From Rubrivivax sp. (GTDB lineage: Bacteria > Pseudomonadota > Gammaproteobacteria > Burkholderiales > Burkholderiaceae_C), in assembly GCA_021297985.1 (NCBI GenBank), contig JAJTGU010000015.1, positions 1,083 to 65,082 on the forward strand: 64,000 nt of DNA, written 5' to 3'. Of this stretch, positions 36,998 through 45,487 are shown one piece after another. Both the position numbers and the translations under genes were made by a program. The notes below the pieces were generated by a model, which was not told the origin of the DNA, searched no databases, and saw only the letters and a list, made by a program, of their open reading frames with translations. Numbering within the stretch: position 1 is the stretch's first letter; each line of letters starts with the position of its first letter.

Positions 36998-37855
36998 ATG
37001 AACACCGCCACCGCCCCCCGCGCCATCCTCGCCGACGACGAGCGCCTGATGCGCGAGCAACTGCGTGCCCGGCTGGCCGAAGTCTGGCCCGAGCTCCAGA
37101 TCGTCGCCGAGGCCAAGAACGGTCTTGAAGCGGTCGAGCTGGTCAAGGCCCACCGGCCCGACATCGTGTTCCTGGACATCCGCATGCCCGGACTCACCGG
37201 CGTCGAGGCGGCGCGCCAGATCGCGCAGCTGGCGTTGGACGATGACTCGGATGGCGAGGGGGATGGCGAGCACGACGAGGTGCTTCTGCCGGAGATCGTG
37301 TTCATCACCGCCTACGACCAGTACGCGGTCGAGGCCTTCGAGCAAGGGGTTGCCGACTATGTGCTCAAGCCGGCCGAACGGGCACGGCTCGAAGTCACGG
37401 TCGGCCGCATCAAGAAGCGCTTGGCAGCGCGCGCCGAAGGACGCGATGCGCCGGCCGACGTCGCACCCGCGCAGCCGCTGCAGCAGATCCTGCACCAGCT
37501 GCAGGCGCGGATGAGCGGCCAGGCACCGCAGTACCTGAAGTGGATCCAGGCCAACGTCGGCAGCACGATCCAGATGATCGCCACCGACGAGGTGCTGTTC
37601 TTCGTCAGCGACGAGAAGTACACCCGGGTCCAGACCGCAGGCGTCGAAGCGCTGATCCGCAAGCCGATCAAGGAACTCGTCGACGAGCTCGACCCGGCCA
37701 GGTTCTGGCAGATCCACCGCAGCACCCTGGTCAACGTCAACGCCGTGGCCAGCGTCGTGCGCGACTACCGCGGCCGCCAGATCGTCAGCGTCAAGGGCAG
37801 CAACGAGAAGCTTGAAGTCAGCCGCAGCTACACGGGCCTGTTCAAGGGCATGTGA
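36998..37855 (+). CDS. LytR/AlgR (LytTR) family response regulator
   Basis: Receiver domain (ILADDERLMREQL...DIVFLDIRMPGLTG) plus LytTR domain (EVLFFVSDEKYTRVQT...FWQIHRSTLVNVNAV). The receiver carries an acidic insert, LALDDDSDGEGDGEHDE. Confidence 0.92.
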   Translation: MNTATAPRAILADDERLMREQLRARLAEVWPELQIVAEAKNGLEAVELVKAHRPDIVFLDIRMPGLTGVEAARQIAQLALDDDSDGEGDGEHDEVLLPEIVFITAYDQYAVEAFEQGVADYVLKPAERARLEVTVGRIKKRLAARAEGRDAPADVAPAQPLQQILHQLQARMSGQAPQYLKWIQANVGSTIQMIATDEVLFFVSDEKYTRVQTAGVEALIRKPIKELVDELDPARFWQIHRSTLVNVNAVASVVRDYRGRQIVSVKGSNEKLEVSRSYTGLFKGM

Positions 37856-38124
37856 GGCGTGCGCCGTCATGGCGCCGGTCTGTCGTGGGCGACGGGCCCC
37901 TGAACATCGGGGCGGCCAAAGCGTGACGAATTACCGGTCTTCGGCCGAGTTGTAACAGCGGCGGGTCCTCCCCTCTACAACTGAAGCAACTGCATGCAGA
38001 CGGGCACCAAGGCTCACTGCGACAGTTCACCGAGCCGGCTACCGTCGGTTCCCAGATGCTGAAAGGTCGTGTGCCCCAGGGCCTGCCGCTCAGCCCCAAG
38101 AACGAATCCGCTCCTCGCCCCGCC

Positions 38125-39243
38125 ATGTTCTTTTCCCGTCCACGAGATCCGGCCCAGCGCCGCCTGCCGTTGTTCGGATCGGCCAAGGCGCCTCCCTGCG
38201 TCGGCGGCTGGCTCGAACGCGAAGGCGTGTGCATGGGCACCGCGATCGTGCTGAAGTGGTGGAGCGCGCTGCCCTCCCGCACCGCGCACGACATCGCCCA
38301 GGCCGACGCCGCCTGGGCGCTGACGATGGCCGAGATGCGGCGCATCGACGAGTTGCTGTCGCCGCACAAGGCCACCAGCGAGCTGTCGCGCATCAACCGC
38401 GAGGCCGGCAGCCACGCGGTCGCGCTGAGCGAAGAGGTCTGCGGCCTGCTGGCCCAGGCGCTGGCGTTTTCAGCCGCCACGGACGGCGCCTTCGACATCA
38501 GCTATGCCGCTGCCGGTCAGCACTACGACTACCGGGCCGGCATCGCACCCGACATGGTGACGCTGCGCCGTGCCCGCGAATCCATCGGCTGGCGCGAATT
38601 GCATCTCGACCCGGTGCGCGGCACCTTGCGTTTTGGCCGCCCGGGCATGCGCATCGACCTCGGCGGTTTTGCCAAGGGTCATGCGGTGGACTGCGCCGCG
38701 GCTGCCCTGCAGCGTCACGGCGTGCAGCACGCCTGGTTGTCCGCAGGGGGCGACAGCCGCGTCATCGGCGACCGCCGAGGACGGCCCTGGAGCGTTGCCG
38801 TGCGCGACCCCAGGGTCGAGGGCGCGGCCGCAACCGCCGCGACCGCCGAACCCATTGCCGTGCTGCCGTTGGTGGACTGCGCGGTGTCGACCTCGGGCGA
38901 CTACGAGCGTGCCTTCGTCAAGGACGGCGTGCGCCACCACCACCTGCTGGACCCCGCAACCGGCAGTGCCGCCATCGGCGCGCGCAGCGTGACGACGATC
39001 GCCGATGCGTCGGCCCACGCCGGCCTCGCCACCGAGGCCTGGAGCAAGGCGCTGTTCGTGCTCGGGCCACAGCGCGGCATGCCGCTGCTGGCGCACAACG
39101 CGCCTGGACTCGACGCCGTGCTGGTCGACGCGGCTGGCAGGCTGCATTACTCGCGGGGCCTGGCGCAGGCGCTGCGGCCAGCGGTCGCCCTTCCCGAATC
39201 GAGCTCACCGCTGGTCTCGCGACCTGCCGCCGCGGTGGCCTGA
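38125..39243 (+). CDS. apbE: FAD:protein FMN transferase (ApbE family)
   Basis: CMGTAIVL..., SELSRINREAG, AFDISY, IDLGGFAKGHAVD, VSTSGDYERAF..HHHLLDP. The start is uncertain: ATG 38125 or ATG 38056. Neither gives a convincing signal peptide. Confidence 0.85.
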   Translation: MFFSRPRDPAQRRLPLFGSAKAPPCVGGWLEREGVCMGTAIVLKWWSALPSRTAHDIAQADAAWALTMAEMRRIDELLSPHKATSELSRINREAGSHAVALSEEVCGLLAQALAFSAATDGAFDISYAAAGQHYDYRAGIAPDMVTLRRARESIGWRELHLDPVRGTLRFGRPGMRIDLGGFAKGHAVDCAAAALQRHGVQHAWLSAGGDSRVIGDRRGRPWSVAVRDPRVEGAAATAATAEPIAVLPLVDCAVSTSGDYERAFVKDGVRHHHLLDPATGSAAIGARSVTTIADASAHAGLATEAWSKALFVLGPQRGMPLLAHNAPGLDAVLVDAAGRLHYSRGLAQALRPAVALPESSSPLVSRPAAAVA

Positions 39244-39285
39244 GCCGGCACCGTGTCCCAGAACGAACCCCAGAAAGTCTCCGGC

Positions 39286-42200
39286 ATGTCCATGACCTCA
39301 GGTTTGAATCGCACGCTGATCGCCGCGCTGGGCGGCCTGGCCGTGGCGGCCACCATCGCCGGCTGCCTGGGCGGCAGCGGAGATGGCGATACGCGCGACA
39401 CGGTCGTCGTGCAGGGCGACGTGCCCATCGTCTATGCCAAGCGCGCCACCACGCTGGGCATGAACCCCACCGACGGCACGCCCACCGCACCGGGCGGCGA
39501 CCTGCTGCTGCGCGAGAAGAGCAGCCCCAGCGCCCGCGAGCACAACCTGACGGCGCGCTTCACGCAGGGCGTCGGCGATGTGTCCGACCCCGAGGCCAGC
39601 CCGGACGGCAGGAAGGTCGTCTTCGCGATGCGCTGCCCGGCGAGCAACACCGCCACCGTGGACGGCACGGCCACGGGCGCGCGGGCCTGCACGGGTCGCT
39701 GGAACCTCTGGGAGTACGAAATGCGCGCGCTCGAAGGCGACGCGCTGATCCAGGGCACGTTCCGCCGTCTCACGGCAAGCAACCAGCACGATGACGTCGA
39801 CCCGGCCTACCTGCCGGCCAACCGGGGCGTGGTCTTCGCGAGCAACCGACAGCACTTCAGCAGCACCGACACCCGCTTCGGTCGCGCGTACCACACGCTG
39901 GACGAGTACGAACGCGAGCGGGTGCTGAACCTGCACACCATCAACGCCACGGGCGGCGACCTGAAGCAGATCAGCTTCAACATGAGCCATGAGCGCAACC
40001 CGGTCGTGCGCGCCAACGGCGACATCCTGTTCTCGCGCTGGGAGCACGTCGGCGACCGCAACCGCTTCGCGATCTTCAAGGCCAAGCCCGACGGCACCGA
40101 CATGTTCGTGCTCTACGGCGCACACAGCCCGGGCAACAGCTACCTGCACCCGCGCGAGATGGACCCGCGTGGCAAGTACAAGGGCTTCCTGGCCAGCACG
40201 CTGATGTCGCTGTCGGGCACCCAGGAAGGCGGCTCGCTGGAGTTCATCGACGCCGCGAACTACAGCGAGTTCAACACCCCGGCCTCGCGCAACGTGCCTG
40301 CCGCCGGCGGCCAGCGCCAGGGCACCGACCGGCAACTGTCCGACGGTCGCGGGCTGTCGACCTTCGGCCGCGTGACGACGCCGTTCCCGCTGTGGGACGG
40401 CACGGATCGCATCCTGCTGTCGTACCGCCCCTGCGAGGTGACCCGCAACGGCGTCGTCACCGCCTGCGCCAACCTCACCACCGACGAGATCGCGCGCGTT
40501 CAGACCGCCAACCGCTCGATGGCCGACCGTGCTGCCGATCCGATCCAGGACAACGCGCCGGCGGCCTACGCGGTGTGGATGTTCGACCCCGGCCCCCAGA
40601 CCTGGACCCTGGTCGCGGCGCCGCCACCGGGCTTCATGTACGTCGACCCGATCGCGCTGCAACCGCGCACCGAGCCCAGCGCCGCCCAGCCGACGACGGT
40701 GGACGATGCGCTGGCCGCGCGCGGCATGGCGCTGATCGAGGTCCGCAGCGTCTACGACACCGACGGCCTGAACCGGATGTCCGAGAACATGCTCGTCGCG
40801 GCCGACCGCCGCGCCGGCTGTGACCGCGCCATCGCGATGCGGGCGGTCGCCAACGCCGACCCGACCGAGACGCGCAGCCAGGTCGCCGATCTGGTGCGCA
40901 TGAAGGACCCGGCCGACCCGGCCTATGGCTGCGCGCCGGTGCGCTTCGTGCGGGCCATCCGCGCCGTCGGGCCGCCCTCCGGCATGACCGGCACCCGTGG
41001 CGCCATCGGCGAGACCGATTTCGAGCAGCAGCAGATCATCGGTTATGCGCCGATCGAACCCGACGGTTCGTTCAAGCTCGAGGTGCCGGCCGACATTCCG
41101 CTGGCGCTGTCCGTGGTCGACGAACAGGGCCGCGCGTTCCAGACCCACACCAACTGGATCCAGGTCCGCCCCGGCGAGCGTCGCACCTGTGATGGCTGCC
41201 ACAGCCCGCGTCGCGGTGCGGCGCTGAATGCCGGTTCGGTCGTCAACACCATGCCCGCGGCGCTGATGCCGTCGATGGCCTCGCAGCACCAGAGCGGCGA
41301 GACGCTCGCCAGCCTGCGCACCCGGCTCGACCCGGCGGCGCTGCTGCTGGCCGCCAGCCCGGTGTTCAGCGACGTGTGGGCCGACACCACCCGGGCCGGC
41401 GTGCAGGCCCGGCCGACCCTCGCGTTGCGCTACGCCGGCAACGTCGACCCGGCCGACGACCTGACGACGCCCGTGCCGCAGCGCGGCTACGTCAACTACC
41501 CGGACCACATCCAGCCGATCTGGGAAAAGGTGCGCGGACCTGGCGGCAGCCACACCTGCGTCGCCTGCCACGGCGAGACGGCGCGCACCAACCTGCTGGG
41601 CACGGTCTCGGGCACCGGTCGCATCGTCAGCTACGAAGAGCTGCTGATGGGCGAGCCGCAACTCGACGCGGCCACGGGCCAGCCTCGCATCCGGGTCGTC
41701 AACGGCGTGCCGGAAGTCATCCGCGGCCCGGCCCTGGTCAACACCAGTTCGGGCGCCATGAGCACCGCCGGCCAGACGCGCAAGAGCCGGCTCGGCGAGA
41801 TCCTGTTCGGCCAGAGCCTGCTCGCCGGCGCCGACAGCCGCGTCGCGTATCCGGCGCCACCGGCCTCGACGCCGACGCTGGTTTCGGTGCCCGACCACTC
41901 GATGCTGCTGAACAAGGCGGAGAAGCGCCTGGTGTCGGAATGGATGGATCTGGGCGGCCAGTACGTCAACGACCCGTTCACCGCTGCCGGCAACCTGCGC
42001 ACGGTGACCGCGCTGTCGCAGACCAGCTTCGAGGCCGAGGTGCAGCCGACGCTGCGTGCGCTGTGCGTCAACTGTCACACCCCGGGTGCCGGGTTCCAGC
42101 GCAATCGCTTCGTGCTCACCGGCAGTCCCGAGGGCGACTACGGTGCGACGCTGTCGATGGTCAGCGACACTTGCCGCCCTGAACGCAACCCGCTGCTTGC

Positions 42201-42324
42201 GCGGCCCTCGACCATTCCGCACCCCAATGGGGCCCTGACGCAGACCGAAGCCCTGCTGCCGGCGACCGGTGACGCCTACCGCCGCATCTCGCAGTGGATC
42301 GCGCGCGGCTGCAGCAACAACTGA
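39286..42324 (+). CDS. lipoprotein with TolB/PD40-like beta-propeller and three CXXCH heme-binding motifs (hydrazine-synthase-alpha-like architecture)
   Basis: Signal plus lipobox MSMTSGLNRTLIAALGGLAVAATIAGC. Propeller-like repeats (SPDGRKVVFA, ANRGVVFASNR, ANGDILFSRWE). CDGCH at 41188-41202, CVACH at 41557-41571, CVNCH at 42064-42078. Confidence 0.85.
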   Translation: MSMTSGLNRTLIAALGGLAVAATIAGCLGGSGDGDTRDTVVVQGDVPIVYAKRATTLGMNPTDGTPTAPGGDLLLREKSSPSAREHNLTARFTQGVGDVSDPEASPDGRKVVFAMRCPASNTATVDGTATGARACTGRWNLWEYEMRALEGDALIQGTFRRLTASNQHDDVDPAYLPANRGVVFASNRQHFSSTDTRFGRAYHTLDEYERERVLNLHTINATGGDLKQISFNMSHERNPVVRANGDILFSRWEHVGDRNRFAIFKAKPDGTDMFVLYGAHSPGNSYLHPREMDPRGKYKGFLASTLMSLSGTQEGGSLEFIDAANYSEFNTPASRNVPAAGGQRQGTDRQLSDGRGLSTFGRVTTPFPLWDGTDRILLSYRPCEVTRNGVVTACANLTTDEIARVQTANRSMADRAADPIQDNAPAAYAVWMFDPGPQTWTLVAAPPPGFMYVDPIALQPRTEPSAAQPTTVDDALAARGMALIEVRSVYDTDGLNRMSENMLVAADRRAGCDRAIAMRAVANADPTETRSQVADLVRMKDPADPAYGCAPVRFVRAIRAVGPPSGMTGTRGAIGETDFEQQQIIGYAPIEPDGSFKLEVPADIPLALSVVDEQGRAFQTHTNWIQVRPGERRTCDGCHSPRRGAALNAGSVVNTMPAALMPSMASQHQSGETLASLRTRLDPAALLLAASPVFSDVWADTTRAGVQARPTLALRYAGNVDPADDLTTPVPQRGYVNYPDHIQPIWEKVRGPGGSHTCVACHGETARTNLLGTVSGTGRIVSYEELLMGEPQLDAATGQPRIRVVNGVPEVIRGPALVNTSSGAMSTAGQTRKSRLGEILFGQSLLAGADSRVAYPAPPASTPTLVSVPDHSMLLNKAEKRLVSEWMDLGGQYVNDPFTAAGNLRTVTALSQTSFEAEVQPTLRALCVNCHTPGAGFQRNRFVLTGSPEGDYGATLSMVSDTCRPERNPLLARPSTIPHPNGALTQTEALLPATGDAYRRISQWIARGCSNN

Positions 42325-42326
42325 CG

Positions 42327-42950
42327 ATGCCACGACGATCTTCGATCCCTTCCGCGCTGTGGCCTGCGCTGCTGGCCCTGGCCCTGGCCCTTGGCCTGTC
42401 GGCCTGCGGCGGTGGTGACAGCGCGCTGGACAACCCGCCGCAGGTCGCCAACCCGCCGGTGGCGGACAACAACGCCGGCCGGCTGTCGTTCGTCTACTTC
42501 CAGCGCTGCATCCAGCCGGTGCTGAACACGCCGCTGCGGGTCGTGATCAACGGCGTTCCGTCGATCAACACCTGCGCCAGTGCGGGGTGCCACGACAACG
42601 CGAGCGGCACCGGCGGTGCCCTGCGCCTGGTGGGCAGCGCGCTGCCGGCCGATCTGACGCTGACCCCGGCGCAGATCCGCAACACCGAGATGTACCGCAA
42701 CTACTTCTCGTCGGCCGGCGAGGTGGCCATCGGCCAGCCGCTGCAGAGCCGGCTGCTGAACAAGCCCCTGGTGCGCAACGTGCTTCACGGCGGCGGCCTG
42801 ATCTTCGAGTCGCCTGACGATCCCGCGGCCCGGCTGATCCGATACTGGATCGAACGGCCGATGCCGCAGGGCCAGGACGAGTTCAGCCCCGCCGCAGCGG
42901 CCTTGTTCACACCGGCAGATCTGAACACGGGGGCTTGCAACACCCAATGA
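42327..42950 (+). CDS. lipoprotein with a cytochrome-c-like module carrying CX4CH (CASAGCH)
   Basis: The ATG lies 2 nt after the upstream stop. Lipobox LALGLSAC. FVYFQRCIQPVLNTPL...CASAGCHDNASGTGGALRL resembles the F..V.P.L...C..CH modules in the upstream protein. Confidence 0.75.
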   Translation: MPRRSSIPSALWPALLALALALGLSACGGGDSALDNPPQVANPPVADNNAGRLSFVYFQRCIQPVLNTPLRVVINGVPSINTCASAGCHDNASGTGGALRLVGSALPADLTLTPAQIRNTEMYRNYFSSAGEVAIGQPLQSRLLNKPLVRNVLHGGGLIFESPDDPAARLIRYWIERPMPQGQDEFSPAAAALFTPADLNTGACNTQ

Positions 42951-42960
42951 CCCCGACCCA

Positions 42961-43045
42961 GGGCCCGCATGAGCGGGCCGTGACGGCTCTATCGCCCGCA
43001 TGAGTGGGCCACAAGACAACACCACGAGGGCGCGCATGACGCGAG
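42961..43045 (+). repeat. three tandem small hairpins with CATGA-containing loops in an intergenic spacer
   Basis: GGCCCGC-ATGA-GCGGGCC (about 42962-42979), GCCCGC-ATGA-GTGGGC (about 42993-43008) and CGCG-CATGA-CGCG (about 43030-43042). The CCCGCATG core recurs at the 43081 start codon. Confidence 0.45.
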
Positions 43046-43080
43046 GGACACAGAGGACAGGCACGACGGCGACAGCCCGC

Positions 43081-43851
43081 ATGGCGCCAGCACACGGTGG
43101 CGTGGCGGCGTTGCTGTTGCTGCTGCTGGCCCTGCCCAGCCAGGCGCAGATCCTGCCGGCCACGCCGGGCGTGGACCGCCCGGTGCCGGACGGCCACCTG
43201 ACCGTCGAGGACCCCTTCCTGGAACTGCACAGCGGCCCGGGGCGTGGCTTCCCGGTGTTCTTTGTCGTCGAACGCGGGCGTTGGATTGCCATCGAGATGC
43301 GGCGCACGGACTGGTTCCTGGTCCGCACGCAGGAAGGTGCTCGCGGCTGGGTGCCGCGGGCGCAGATCGAACGCACGCTGGCCGGGGGTGCCACTTCGTT
43401 GCGTGATCTGATGGTCGACGGCCTGCTCGCCCGTCGTGTCGAGATGGGGGGCAGCTGGGGACGTTTCGACGGCGAGAGCATGCTCAAGCTCTGGGCCCAT
43501 GTGCGCGCGAGCGAGATCTTCGGTGTCGAACTCGCCACCGGTCAGGTCCAGGGCGTGTTCTCGGGGACCGATTTCTGGCACGCCTCGCTGGTCGCCGAGC
43601 CCTGGGGCCAGGCGGCGTGGTCGCCCTTTGCCAGTGTCGGCCTCGGGCAGTTCCGCAACTTCCCGAACACGAGCCTCGTCGGCGCGAAGTTCACCGACGC
43701 GCGGCTCGCCAGCGCCAGCATCGGCCTGCGCTGGCGCGCCGGCCCCCGCCTGATCGTGCGCGCCGACTGGACCCTGTACACCGCCTTCGTGGCCGACGAC
43801 CGCAGCCCCGAGTACCGGGCGCTCACCGCCGGCCTGGCGTTTTCGTTCTGA
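43081..43851 (+). CDS. SH3-like domain + outer-membrane beta-barrel protein
   Basis: Signal MAPAHGGVAALLLLLLALPSQAQ. SH3_3-like GPGRGFPVFFVVERGRWIAIEMRRTDWFLVRTQEGARGWVPRAQI. C-terminal OMP signature YRALTAGLAFSF. Confidence 0.75.
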   Translation: MAPAHGGVAALLLLLLALPSQAQILPATPGVDRPVPDGHLTVEDPFLELHSGPGRGFPVFFVVERGRWIAIEMRRTDWFLVRTQEGARGWVPRAQIERTLAGGATSLRDLMVDGLLARRVEMGGSWGRFDGESMLKLWAHVRASEIFGVELATGQVQGVFSGTDFWHASLVAEPWGQAAWSPFASVGLGQFRNFPNTSLVGAKFTDARLASASIGLRWRAGPRLIVRADWTLYTAFVADDRSPEYRALTAGLAFSF

Positions 43852-43869
43852 TCCTCCTCGAACACCTCC

Positions 43870-44520
43870 ATGTCATCGATCCGCCTGTTCGCTGCCCTCG
43901 CCCTGATGGCGACCGTTTCGGCTCACGGCCAGACGGCGGCGTCTTCGCCAGTACCCGCCGCCGCCTCGCCCCAGCCCATCGAACCGCGGGTCGTGCGGCG
44001 CGAGGTCAAGCTGCCGCGGTTCCCGAGCCGCGACTTCGAGGTCTCGGCCTTTGCCGGTAGCTATTCGACACAGAACTTTGGCAATGGCAACGTTTCCGGC
44101 TTCAAGCTGGGCTACCACATCACCGAAGACTTCTTCGTGCTCGCGACGGTCGGCCAGACCACCGTCAGCGACGAAAACTTCCGCCGCGTGCTGCCGGGCG
44201 GCCTGTTCGCCAAACCGGAGCAGAAACTGGACTACGCCAACGTCGCGGCCGGCTGGAACATCCTGCCCGGCGAGGTGTTCCTCGGCGGCAAGCGCGCGAT
44301 GCCGGCAGCGCTGTATCTCCTGGGCGGAATCGGCACGACCAAGTTCGCCGACCAGCGCAAGCAGACCGTGCACTACGGCTTCGGCTACCGCGTCTTCGTC
44401 TGGAATCGCTTTGCGATCAGCGCCGACGTTCGCCAGCACCACTTCGCGCTCGACCTGCTGGGTCGGCGCGAGACCACCCGCAATCCCGAGCTGAGCCTGA
44501 CCGCCAGCGTCTTCTTCTGA
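43870..44520 (+). CDS. outer-membrane beta-barrel protein
   Basis: Signal MSSIRLFAALALMATVSAHG. Alternating-hydrophobicity strands. Terminal ...LSLTASVFF. Confidence 0.8.
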   Translation: MSSIRLFAALALMATVSAHGQTAASSPVPAAASPQPIEPRVVRREVKLPRFPSRDFEVSAFAGSYSTQNFGNGNVSGFKLGYHITEDFFVLATVGQTTVSDENFRRVLPGGLFAKPEQKLDYANVAAGWNILPGEVFLGGKRAMPAALYLLGGIGTTKFADQRKQTVHYGFGYRVFVWNRFAISADVRQHHFALDLLGRRETTRNPELSLTASVFF

Positions 44521-44530
44521 CCCTGCCGCC

Positions 44531-45076
44531 ATGATGTCGACGCCCGATCTCGACCCGGCCCGCCGCACCTTTGCCGGCACCGTCGCCGCTGGCCTCACCG
44601 CCAGCCTGGTGGCGCCCTGGTTTGCCGGCGTGGCCCACGCCACAAGCGTCAAGCCCAAGGCGCTGCCGCCGGACTTCACGCTGCCCAGCAGCCTGGGGGG
44701 CAACCTGCGCCTGGCCGAGCAGCGCGGCCAGGTCGTGCTCGTGAACTTCTGGGCCACCTGGTGCGGCCCGTGCCTGATCGAGTTGCCGCACCTGAACCGG
44801 CTGCACGACAAGTACCGCAGCGCCGGCGTGCTGCTGCTGGGCGTTTCGGTGGACAACGACGCCAAGGCCGCCGCGGCGATGGCCAAGAAGCTCGACCTGC
44901 GCTTTGCCACGCTGTTCGACACCGCCAAGACCGTGAGCCGGGCCTGGGACCTGGACGCCATGCCCTCGACCGTGCTGCTGGACCGCGACGGCCGTGTCCG
45001 CCACATCCACCTCGGCTACCGCGACGGCCTGGAGAAGACCTACGAAGCCCAGCTCCGCGAGCTGGTCAAGGAGTGA
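44531..45076 (+). CDS. TlpA family thiol:disulfide oxidoreductase (Tat-like signal)
   Basis: ARRTFAG twin-arginine-like signal. Thioredoxin fold with VLVNFWATWCGPCLIELP. Confidence 0.9.
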   Translation: MMSTPDLDPARRTFAGTVAAGLTASLVAPWFAGVAHATSVKPKALPPDFTLPSSLGGNLRLAEQRGQVVLVNFWATWCGPCLIELPHLNRLHDKYRSAGVLLLGVSVDNDAKAAAAMAKKLDLRFATLFDTAKTVSRAWDLDAMPSTVLLDRDGRVRHIHLGYRDGLEKTYEAQLRELVKE

Positions 45077-45081
45077 GCGCG

Positions 45082-45327
45082 ATGCGACCAGAACGCGGCT
45101 TCGTCGGCACCTCGTTGGCGCTCGTGCTGGCGCTGCTCGGCAGCGGCTGCGCGATCAAGCCCATCGAGCCCTGGGTCAAGCCCTACGAGCGGGAGCGGCT
45201 CACCGACCCGGTGATGCAGTGGTCGCGCGCCAGCCTGGCCGACCGCCACCGCGAGCACATCCATTCGGTGCGCGAGGGCGCCCGCGGCGCGGTGGGCGTG
45301 CAAGGGGGCGGCTGTGGCTGCAACTGA
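45082..45327 (+). CDS. DUF4266 family small lipoprotein
   Basis: 81 aa. LALLGSGCAIKPIEPWVKPYERERL... ending in GGGCGCN, which I recall as the DUF4266 hallmark. The ATG lies 5 nt after the tlpA stop. Confidence 0.8.
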   Translation: MRPERGFVGTSLALVLALLGSGCAIKPIEPWVKPYERERLTDPVMQWSRASLADRHREHIHSVREGARGAVGVQGGGCGCN

Positions 45328-45340
45328 AGCCGGGACTTCT

Positions 45341-45487
45341 CCCACCCTCACCCCAGCCCTCTCCCGCCCTGCGGGAGAGGGGGCCGGAGAGCTTTCCCCA
45401 GAATTGGCAGGAGAGGGGGCCGTGGGACTGTGGCGCTGGCTGTCGAACTCCCTCTCCCGCTGGCGGGAGAGGGCAGGGGTGAGGGGG
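45341..45487. repeat. inverted pair of REP-like palindromic elements plus one partial copy
   Basis: Copy A is CCCTCACCCCAG + CCCTCTCCCGC-CCT-GCGGGAGAGGG (about 45345-45381). Copy B is CCCTCTCCCGC-TG-GCGGGAGAGGG + CAGGGGTGAGGG (about 45450-45485), the inverse of A. A partial copy GGCAGGAGAGGGGGCCG lies at about 45407-45422. Confidence 0.75.

Noticed and set aside
37990-38020. Sigma-54-like GGGCAC-N5-CTCAC upstream of apbE
   Set aside because: It does not match the TGGCAC-N5-TTGC consensus in the -12 element, and no enhancer-binding protein gene is nearby.
39298-42333. 1011-aa minus-strand ORF opposite the propeller/heme lipoprotein gene
   Set aside because: It has shadow-frame composition with no signal or domain features. 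The plus-strand frame has a lipobox, propeller repeats and CXXCH motifs.
45314-45478. GTG 45314 as the DUF3570 start (415-aa version)
   Set aside because: It would translate both REP-like palindromes into the N-terminus and would lack a signal peptide at the N-terminus. GTG 45479 gives a plausible signal. The longer form is kept as an alternative, not excluded.
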